A DNA stretch of 64,000 bases from positions 226 to 64,225 of the forward strand of contig CAYOIH010000001.1 in assembly GCA_964404005.1 (NCBI GenBank), given 5' to 3'. Under the pieces are notes generated by a model that searched no databases, was not told where the DNA came from, and saw only the letters and a list, made by a program, of their open reading frames with translations. The stretch is from an uncultured Candidatus Saccharibacteria bacterium. GTDB lineage: Bacteria > Patescibacteriota > Minisyncoccia > Minisyncoccales > Staskawiczbacteraceae. Every line of letters begins with the position of its first letter. Position 1 is the first letter of the stretch. Made by a program: the position numbers and the translations under genes. Below are positions 56,711-64,000 of this stretch, piece after piece.

Positions 56711-58573
56711 ATGGGAGTATTCTTTTTAAAAAGGACGACAACGACAAGATTATTGTTTTTTTTATTTTTTGACATACTGTTGATTTCGGCTTCGATTTAT
56801 TTGTCCTTTCTTTTAAGATTTGATGGGACAATACCGACGGAATATTTGGACGGGCAAGAAATACAAAAAATCATAATTTGGACACTATTTTTTTGTTTAC
56901 CAATTTTTTATCTCTTCGGGCTATACTCTTTTTCCTGGTCGTACGTAAGCACCCAGGAATTAGTATCTCTTTTTAAGGCTACAACGCTCGGTTTTTTATT
57001 TTTGGGAATCACGATATTTCTTTCAAGAGAATTTCCTTTATTTGTGGGATTTCCCAGGTCGGTCTTTATCATAAGTTATTTTCTGATTTTTATATTTTGC
57101 GGCGGCTTGCGCTTGTCAAAAAAAATCTATCTGATAGTTGTTGGGCGTGGTAAGAAATCGGATAAAGAGAGGACTCTGATTGTGGGTGCGGGGGATGCGG
57201 GCGAGCAGATTTTAAGGAGCATAATTTCTTCAGATAAAAGTCCGTATCACCCCATTGGGCTGGTGGATGACAATCCTATAAAAAAAGGGGTACTAATTCA
57301 TAATTTAAAGGTTTTGGGGAAAATTTGCGATATTCCCGGAATTGTCAAAAGTTTTCAGGTAAAACAGCTGATAATCGCTTTGCCCTCAGTAGACGGGAAA
57401 AAAATAAAAGAAGCGGTTGAGCTTGGAAAAAAAGCAGGCGTATGGAAAATAAAAATTGCTCCGCCCCTGTCTGAAATAATTAAGGGGCAAGTGTCTTTTA
57501 AAAATCTTAAAGACGTAGAAGTTGAAGATTTGTTGGGGCGAGAAGAGGTTGTTTTAGATAAAAAACAGATAGATGAATTTATAAAAAATAAAAAGGTTCT
57601 TGTAACGGGAGCGGCAGGATCAATAGGGTCGGAATTGTGCAGGCAGATTGCAAAATTTAATCCTGAGCTCTTAATATTGCTTGATCAGGATGAAACGGGA
57701 ATTTTTCATATTTCCAGAGAATTGAAAAGCATTTTTTCACAATTGAAAATTGAGCCATTGGTGTGTGACATCGCAGATAAAAATAAAATAAGTAAAGTTT
57801 TTGAGAAGTTTGAGCCGGAAATCGTTTTCCACGCAGCTGCCTACAAACACGTTCCTTTAATGGAGGAAAACTGCGACGAAGCGATAAAAAATAATATTTT
57901 TGGAACAAAAGTAGTGGCTGAAGCGGGATTGGTTTTTGGCGCTGAAAAGTTTATTTTTATTTCAACCGATAAGGCGGTTAATCCCACCTCTGTAATGGGG
58001 GCCACAAAAAGAGCCGGCGAAATGCTTTGCCAGTTGTTGAATGAGAAAGGTAAAACCAAGTTTGTTTCCGTAAGATTCGGGAATGTGTTAAACAGCAGAG
58101 GAAGCGTTATTCCAATTTTCAGAGAGCAAATAAAAAAGGGCGGACCCGTTGAAGTTACGCACCCCGAAATGAAAAGATATTTTATGCTGACTTCGGAAGC
58201 TTGCCTTTTAGTTATGCAAGCTGGAGCCATGGGGCAAGGGGGAGAAGTTTTTGTTTTGGACATGGGAAAACCAATAAAGATAGTTGATTTGGCAAAGGAG
58301 ATGATAAAGCTATCCGGGCTTCAGCTCGATAAGGATATCACGATTGTTTTTATAGGAAAAAGGCCGGGAGAAAAATTATTTGAGGAAATTTTGACAGCAG
58401 AAGAGGGGATACTTGCTACTAAAAACCAAAAAATATTTACGGCTAAACTTTTCTCTGTTAATTTAGAAAAGTTTGAAGAGGATTTGAAAATTTTAGAATC
58501 TATCATTGCCAAAGATGATAAAGATAGTGTGGTGGATTTTCTAAAAAGTTTAGTTCCTTTTTACGAAATATAA
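56711..58573 (+). CDS. membrane-bound UDP-GlcNAc 4,6-dehydratase (PglF/CapD type)
   Basis: 4 TM segments, GAGDAG, TGAAGSIGSE, AAYKHVP, STDKAV, RFGNVL. Confidence 0.92.
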   Translation: MGVFFLKRTTTTRLLFFLFFDILLISASIYLSFLLRFDGTIPTEYLDGQEIQKIIIWTLFFCLPIFYLFGLYSFSWSYVSTQELVSLFKATTLGFLFLGITIFLSREFPLFVGFPRSVFIISYFLIFIFCGGLRLSKKIYLIVVGRGKKSDKERTLIVGAGDAGEQILRSIISSDKSPYHPIGLVDDNPIKKGVLIHNLKVLGKICDIPGIVKSFQVKQLIIALPSVDGKKIKEAVELGKKAGVWKIKIAPPLSEIIKGQVSFKNLKDVEVEDLLGREEVVLDKKQIDEFIKNKKVLVTGAAGSIGSELCRQIAKFNPELLILLDQDETGIFHISRELKSIFSQLKIEPLVCDIADKNKISKVFEKFEPEIVFHAAAYKHVPLMEENCDEAIKNNIFGTKVVAEAGLVFGAEKFIFISTDKAVNPTSVMGATKRAGEMLCQLLNEKGKTKFVSVRFGNVLNSRGSVIPIFREQIKKGGPVEVTHPEMKRYFMLTSEACLLVMQAGAMGQGGEVFVLDMGKPIKIVDLAKEMIKLSGLQLDKDITIVFIGKRPGEKLFEEILTAEEGILATKNQKIFTAKLFSVNLEKFEEDLKILESIIAKDDKDSVVDFLKSLVPFYEI

Positions 58574-58588
58574 TTAAATAAATTTAAA

Positions 58589-59332
58589 ATGGAAAATTAT
58601 AATGGTTACGAAGAGGTTGATTTGATGAATCTTGTAAAAATTACAGCGAGGGGTAAAAAAATAATACTAGTTTGTTTTGTAATAGGATTATTGGTTATCG
58701 CTGGTATGCTCGTTCTTAAAAACATTGGCATAATCCCGAGTACATACGAGGCGGTCTCAGTAATCGAAGTTGGCTATGTTGACTGGGGGGGCGTAGATGG
58801 AACCGTTAATCGGGCGGCAATAGAGGCGCCCGATGAATTAGTTGGAAAGATAAACTATGGAGTATTTAATAAGGGCACAAATTTAAATCCCGGTGATATC
58901 GTGTCTGCCAGCATCGTACTCGATACAAGAATGATAGAAATAAAAGTTAGCTCTAAAAGTCAAGAGAGGGCCAAGGGTTATTCGTCAGATCTCGTTTCAG
59001 CCGTTTTGTTAGAACAGGATGATTTATTGGAATCTTATAAAAACCAAATTAATCAAAAGATAGCAAGAGCAGAACAAACCATGGTAAAATTCACAGCGAT
59101 GGGGCAGCAAGTGTCGGGTATCCAATTAAGGGATTTTGATTTGCATAATCAATTAGATAGTATAGTTCTTTCTAGTTTAGTGGACGGTCCTAATGTCTCA
59201 CATAATAAACAGAATATTATATCTATGCTAGTCATAGGAGCAGTCTTGGGGATTTTTATAGGATTTGTGGTTATTTTTATAAAAGAATGGTGGAACAAAA
59301 ATAAGAGCAGAGCAAAAGAAGCTAGAATTTAA
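58589..59332 (+). CDS. Wzz-like chain-length determinant
   Basis: EEVDL N-terminus, two TM segments flanking a coiled-coil domain, GxxxGxxxG C-terminal TM. Confidence 0.7.
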   Translation: MENYNGYEEVDLMNLVKITARGKKIILVCFVIGLLVIAGMLVLKNIGIIPSTYEAVSVIEVGYVDWGGVDGTVNRAAIEAPDELVGKINYGVFNKGTNLNPGDIVSASIVLDTRMIEIKVSSKSQERAKGYSSDLVSAVLLEQDDLLESYKNQINQKIARAEQTMVKFTAMGQQVSGIQLRDFDLHNQLDSIVLSSLVDGPNVSHNKQNIISMLVIGAVLGIFIGFVVIFIKEWWNKNKSRAKEARI

Positions 59333-59376
59333 TTTTTGGGCAGTTTATGATTTTATGATAGAATAAAAAAACAATT

Positions 59377-61101
59377 ATGGAATTTTTCAGCTACAAAAAA
59401 ATAATTTTTTTGGCCGGGGTTTTATTGTTTTTGGCTGTTGGCAATGCTAGAGCCGCTAATGTAGGAGAGGTCGTTAATTTTAATGTAGATAAAAGTTTTG
59501 ATATTAACAGCAGAACAAAACTGTCGGCCACTTTGATAAAAACAAGCGATAAACTGTATTTTTATGTAGATAAATCGTGGTGGGAACAGCAGACGCAGGC
59601 AAAACAAACAGAAGCTTTAACCGGCTTAGATAATTTATCTAATGAGTTTAATAATAATATTTATCCGACCATGACCTCTGTTTTTGGCTCGGAGTGGAAA
59701 CCGGGCATAGACAACGACCCCAGAATTACAGTTTTATTTGAACCAATAAACAGCTCAGAGGGAGGATATTTTAGAGAGGCAGACGAATATGAAAAACTCC
59801 AAGTGCCAACCTCCAATGAAAGGGAAATGCTTTATTTGTCTGTTTCGAGCATTAATGACCCAAATGCAAAAATAGTTTTAGGCCACGAGTTCACCCATTT
59901 AATAACTTTTAACCAAAAAAATAAAATTTATGGAGCAGAAGAAGATACGTGGTTAAATGAGGCAAGGGCAGACTATTCTTCAACTATTTTAGGATACGAC
60001 GATGTTTATAACGGCAGTAATTTGCAACAGAGGGTTAAAGATTTTACAGAAAATCCTTCCGACTCCATAACCGATTGGACCGGTACAAAATATGATTACG
60101 CCAGCGTAAGCCTATTTATGCACTATTTGGTTGATCGGTATAGCGTGAATATTTTATCTAATTCTTTAAGGTCTCAATCAGTTGGCATAGAAAGTATAAG
60201 CCAGACCCTGGCGAAGCCGGCGTCTAAAGAAAATTTTTCACAAATTTTTACTAATTGGACAATAGCTTTGGCAATTAATGACTGTTCTCAAAATTTAAAA
60301 TATTGCTACTCTAATCAAAATCTTAAAGACCTGAGAATAAACCCAACGCTTATTTTTATGCCGTTAACGGGCAGTAGTTCTTTGTCTACAACAAACATAA
60401 CTAAAAATTGGGCAGGTAATTGGCAAAAAATTATTGGGGGAAGCGGAAATTTAAAATTAGATTTTTCCGGTTTGACCGGGCTTGATTTTCAATTACCGTA
60501 TATACTTTACGACAAAGACAATAATTATTCGGTAAAATTTTTAACGCTTGACCAGGAAGAGAAAGGAGAAATCAGTGTTCAAAACTTCGGAACAGATTAT
60601 AAATCCCTGATTATTATCCCTTCTTTACAGACAAAGCTTTCCGAGTTTGATGGCTTAGACCTTACTTACCCATACAGTTTTACGGTTTCTGTCGCGGAAA
60701 AAGATTTGGGAACAGACGACACATTAATACAAAAACTTTTGGCTCAGATAGCCTCTCTAAAAAAGCAAATAGCAGATCTTATCGCCAAAAACCCTTCGGC
60801 AGGCTCAGGGCAGGCAAGTCAAAACAATAGCTGTTCGCAACTAACAACTAATCTTTATTTTGGACTAATTAATAGTAGCCAGGTGACGTGTCTGCAACAA
60901 TTTTTGAAAAATCAAGGGACAAACATTTATCCCGAGGGTTTGGTAACCGGATATTTTGGAAATTTAACAAAGTCTGCCGTGATAAAATTTCAGGAGAAAT
61001 ACGCATCTGAAATTTTAACACCTATAGGGCTTTCGCAGGGAACCGGTTATGTGGGAGCACAAACAAGAGCGAAAATTAACCAAATAATGAGCGGTGTTTA
61101 A
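59377..61101 (+). CDS. secreted zinc metallopeptidase with C-terminal peptidoglycan-binding domain
   Basis: Signal peptide, HEFTH + WLNE, LQQFL..TGYFGNLT..FQ PG-binding motif; family A copy at 60792-60811. Confidence 0.75.
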   Translation: MEFFSYKKIIFLAGVLLFLAVGNARAANVGEVVNFNVDKSFDINSRTKLSATLIKTSDKLYFYVDKSWWEQQTQAKQTEALTGLDNLSNEFNNNIYPTMTSVFGSEWKPGIDNDPRITVLFEPINSSEGGYFREADEYEKLQVPTSNEREMLYLSVSSINDPNAKIVLGHEFTHLITFNQKNKIYGAEEDTWLNEARADYSSTILGYDDVYNGSNLQQRVKDFTENPSDSITDWTGTKYDYASVSLFMHYLVDRYSVNILSNSLRSQSVGIESISQTLAKPASKENFSQIFTNWTIALAINDCSQNLKYCYSNQNLKDLRINPTLIFMPLTGSSSLSTTNITKNWAGNWQKIIGGSGNLKLDFSGLTGLDFQLPYILYDKDNNYSVKFLTLDQEEKGEISVQNFGTDYKSLIIIPSLQTKLSEFDGLDLTYPYSFTVSVAEKDLGTDDTLIQKLLAQIASLKKQIADLIAKNPSAGSGQASQNNSCSQLTTNLYFGLINSSQVTCLQQFLKNQGTNIYPEGLVTGYFGNLTKSAVIKFQEKYASEILTPIGLSQGTGYVGAQTRAKINQIMSGV

Positions 61102-61164
61102 TATAGCCAAAATCGTGAAAACGTAGTAATTTTACTTATTTTTCACGTTTATATTGACAAAATC

Positions 61165-62136
61165 GTGAAAGAAACTATTTTAGAAAAATTAACAGGGGTG
61201 CAGGGAAATATATTGCTGAAAAATTTTACTACTTATAAAATTGGCGGTCCGGCCAAATATTTTTTTGTTGCCAAGACAGAGAAAGATTTAATGCTTGCAC
61301 TCAAAGTTGCAAAAGATTTAAAGTTGTCGGTTTTTATTTTGGGTGGAGGAAGCAACCTTCTGGTGTCTAAAAAAGGATTTAACGGTTTGGTGATAAAAAT
61401 TAGTATTTCAGATGTGGTGCTTGATGGCGAAAGAGCCACTGTGGGGGCCGGTGCAGATTTAACAAAATTATCTTATTTTTTTGCCGACAGTGGACTTTCG
61501 GGATTAGAATGGGCGGCTGGAATTCCATCTGCAACTATTGGTGGGGCGATTTATGGCCACGCTCAGGCCTTTGGTGAAAAAATTTCTGATGTGGTTGAGA
61601 GTGTTGAAGCAATAAATTTAAAAACCTTAAAGCCGCAGACCTTCAGTAAAAAGCAATGCCAATTTTCATTGAAAAATAGTTTTTTCAAAAAAAGTAAAAA
61701 ATTTGTTATTTTTTCCGTAGTCTTAAGGCTTCAAAAAAAGGAAACAAAGGAGGCAAGAGGAAAAATAAAAGAGTTTTTGGAATACAGAAAAAATAATCAC
61801 CCGGTTGATTTTCCGTCAGCGGGCTCAACATTTGTTAATCCGGAAGTGAAAATTAAGGATAAAAAGTTACTGGTAAAATTTCCGGAATTAAATGAATATA
61901 ATAGAAGGGGAACTATTTCTGCCGGATATTTAGTGGCGAGAGCCGGTTTGGCCGGTAAAAAAATAGGTAATGCTCAGATTTCAGAAAGGCATTCTAATTT
62001 TATAATTAATTTGGGAGGTGCTAAGTCGGGCGACGTGGTAAAATTAATAAAACTGGCAAAAAAAGAAGTTAAAAAAAAATTCGGCATAGAATTAGAGCCG
62101 GAGGTGCAACTGATTGGCTTTAAACAAGTGTTTTAA
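61165..62136 (+). CDS. murB: UDP-N-acetylenolpyruvoylglucosamine reductase
   Basis: TTYKIGGPA, GGGSNLL, GLEW..GIP, PSAGSTF, HSNFIIN, LEPEV. Confidence 0.93.
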   Translation: MKETILEKLTGVQGNILLKNFTTYKIGGPAKYFFVAKTEKDLMLALKVAKDLKLSVFILGGGSNLLVSKKGFNGLVIKISISDVVLDGERATVGAGADLTKLSYFFADSGLSGLEWAAGIPSATIGGAIYGHAQAFGEKISDVVESVEAINLKTLKPQTFSKKQCQFSLKNSFFKKSKKFVIFSVVLRLQKKETKEARGKIKEFLEYRKNNHPVDFPSAGSTFVNPEVKIKDKKLLVKFPELNEYNRRGTISAGYLVARAGLAGKKIGNAQISERHSNFIINLGGAKSGDVVKLIKLAKKEVKKKFGIELEPEVQLIGFKQVF

Positions 62137-62160
62137 TATTAATTGTGTAATATACAAACC

Positions 62161-62535
62161 ATGAGAATAATTATAAAAACAAAAAATTTGGAATTAACAA
62201 AAGATTTAAAAATTTCCGCTGAAGAAAAAATTGGGTCGCTTAAGAAATTTATAGACATTTTAAAGGAAAATACTCCCGACGGCGAAAAGACATTGGCCGA
62301 AGTTTTTGTTGAATTAGAAAAAGAAACCACTCACCACAAAAAAGGCAATATTTTTTTAGCAACGGTTCAAGTTAATTTGCCGGGGAAAAGCCTAAGAGCT
62401 CAATCAAGAGAAGAGGATCCTATGAGGGCAATTGTAGAGGTTAGGGAAGAATTAAAGAAAGAGGTAGAAAAATATAAAGCCAAAAATACCGAAAAGCGCA
62501 GGAGGGAACAGAGAAAAACAAAATTAGGTTTATAA
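62161..62535 (+). CDS. hpf: ribosome hibernation factor (HPF/RaiA family)
   Basis: IKTKNLELT, VELEKETTHHKKG, pattern of the short HPF fold. Confidence 0.8.
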   Translation: MRIIIKTKNLELTKDLKISAEEKIGSLKKFIDILKENTPDGEKTLAEVFVELEKETTHHKKGNIFLATVQVNLPGKSLRAQSREEDPMRAIVEVREELKKEVEKYKAKNTEKRRREQRKTKLGL

Positions 62536-62551
62536 AATTTTTTAAATTATT

Positions 62552-63097
62552 ATGACACCAACAAAAATGTTCTTTACAAAGGGCGTGGGCGTTGCAAAAC
62601 AACAACTAATGTCTTTTGAGATGGCTTTAAGAAATGCGGGGATAGAAAAATTTAACTTAGTTACGGTATCTAGTATCATGCCACCCAGATGCCAGAGAGT
62701 CACAAAAGAAAAGGGTTTGGAGGCGCTTAAACCCGGCGAAGTTGTTTTTTGCGTTATGGCAAGAAATAACACTAACGAGCCGAACAGATTAATTGCAGCA
62801 TCCATAGGTTGCGCCGTGCCGGTTGACCGCGATCAGCAATACGGATATTTATCTGAACATCATCCTTACGGTGAAACAGATGAAAAAACAGCAGATTGCG
62901 CCGAAGATTTGGCGGCCACCATGCTGGCAACAACTTTGGGCGTTGATTTTAACCCTGATACCGCATGGGATGAGAGGGAAAAAGTTTACAAGCTTTCCGG
63001 AAAAATTGTCACAACAACAAATATCACCCAATCAGCGCAAGGAAACAAAGACGGCCTATGGACAACAGTTCTCGCCGCGGCCATCTTTGTGCCATAG
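62552..63097 (+). CDS. pdaD: pyruvoyl-dependent arginine decarboxylase
   Basis: [25 protein letters not shown] self-cleavage site, GYLSEHH. Confidence 0.88.
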   Translation: MTPTKMFFTKGVGVAKQQLMSFEMALRNAGIEKFNLVTVSSIMPPRCQRVTKEKGLEALKPGEVVFCVMARNNTNEPNRLIAASIGCAVPVDRDQQYGYLSEHHPYGETDEKTADCAEDLAATMLATTLGVDFNPDTAWDEREKVYKLSGKIVTTTNITQSAQGNKDGLWTTVLAAAIFVP

Positions 63098-63168
63098 TTT
63101 TAGTATTAAGCATAACTGAAACGCATTGAATAAATGCGTTTTTTCGTATAGTATAATAGAATAACATT

Positions 63169-64000
63169 ATGTCAATTTTATCTAAGATTTTTGGGGACCC
63201 TAATGAAAAGTTTATAAAGGGGCTCCATCCCATTATTGAGAAAATAAATTCTTTTGAGTCGGAATTTGAAAAATTTTCTGCGGAGCAGTTAAAAGAAAAA
63301 ACCCTTCAACTTCGTTCAGGGCTGGCAAAAGGTAAAACGCTTGACGATATTATGCCTGAGGCTTTTGCGTTGGTGCGCGAAGTGTCAAAAAGAACTTTGA
63401 ATCAACGCCATTTTGATGTGCAGTTGATCGGCGGAATTGTTTTACACCAGGGCAAAATTGCTGAAATGAAAACAGGAGAAGGAAAAACTTTGGCGGCTAC
63501 GCTTCCTGCCTACCTGAACGCGTTGGAAGGAAAAGGAGTGCACATTGTTACAGTGAACGATTATCTGGCAAAAAGGGATATGGTTTGGATGGGGCAGATT
63601 TACGATGCTTTAGGATTATCTACGGGTTGCATTGTAAACGAATCCGGCTACGTTTACGACAGGGAATATAAAAATACTGAGGAGGATAAGGCTCGCGATA
63701 CAGTGGGCAGTTTTAAGGTAATCCAGGATTATTTGAAACCGGTTTCAAGAAAAGAGGCGTATGCCGCGGACATTACTTATGGAACTAACAATGAATTCGG
63801 TTTTGATTATTTAAGGGACAATATGGTTTTTGACTTGTCCCAGCAAGTCCAGCGGGGACACAATTTTGTTGTTGTTGATGAAGTAGACTCAATTTTAATT
63901 GATGAGGCGCGGGTTCCTTTAATAATTTCCGGCGAAGTGCAGGAAACAACGGAAAAATATTATACTTTTGCAAAAGTTGCAGCCCAGTTGGAAAATGGCC
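63169..64000 (+). CDS. secA: preprotein translocase SecA, 5' part (runs off the window; absent from the ORF track)
   Basis: [51 protein letters not shown]; family A copy at 63302-63322. Confidence 0.96.
   Translation, partial: MSILSKIFGDPNEKFIKGLHPIIEKINSFESEFEKFSAEQLKEKTLQLRSGLAKGKTLDDIMPEAFALVREVSKRTLNQRHFDVQLIGGIVLHQGKIAEMKTGEGKTLAATLPAYLNALEGKGVHIVTVNDYLAKRDMVWMGQIYDALGLSTGCIVNESGYVYDREYKNTEEDKARDTVGSFKVIQDYLKPVSRKEAYAADITYGTNNEFGFDYLRDNMVFDLSQQVQRGHNFVVVDEVDSILIDEARVPLIISGEVQETTEKYYTFAKVAAQLENG

Noticed and set aside
1-64000. Alternative genetic code (TGA = Gly) as in some CPR lineages
   Set aside because: Conserved genes are full length under code 11 and several end naturally at TGA (e.g. 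9344, 22632, 29804, 32855).
1-64000. tRNA, rRNA, tmRNA or known riboswitches
   Set aside because: No cloverleaf or recognisable consensus found by eye in the short intergenic regions; a covariance-model scan is needed to exclude them formally.

Overview
AT-rich, gene-dense bacterial chromosome segment with almost all genes on the + strand. Gene content and AT-rich leaders without Shine-Dalgarno motifs suggest a Patescibacteria/CPR (Parcubacteria-like) genome; this is inference. TGA is used as stop. Region 1-24 kb holds housekeeping and competence genes: lepB, hisS, rpsU, yqeY, ybeY, ftsA, an atypical ftsZ, nrdD/nrdG, comEC, htrA, clpB with a CIRCE box, a ComEA-LTD fusion, rlmN and an ECF sigma/anti-sigma pair. 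Region 24-29 kb holds a secreted Thr/Ser-rich surface protein, a GxxExxY nuclease-like gene and an O-antigen-ligase/TPR protein. Region 29-59 kb is a ~30 kb surface-glycan cluster. It is followed by a metallopeptidase, murB, hpf, a pyruvoyl arginine decarboxylase and the 5' part of secA. Two things stand out. (1) More than 30 short palindromic or periodic elements of several families sit mostly inside coding sequences and add in-frame peptides. One family (CCCCGTTAGA...TCTAACGGGG) always lies 3' of TTTA and has a natural empty site in this window. (2) A sialic-acid pathway (neuA/neuB/neuC) is interleaved with KdnA-like and KdnB-like genes, the KdnB-like domain fused to a B12-binding radical SAM enzyme, suggesting an undescribed modified nonulosonic acid. 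All protein assignments are by-eye motif recognition; no database searches were run.
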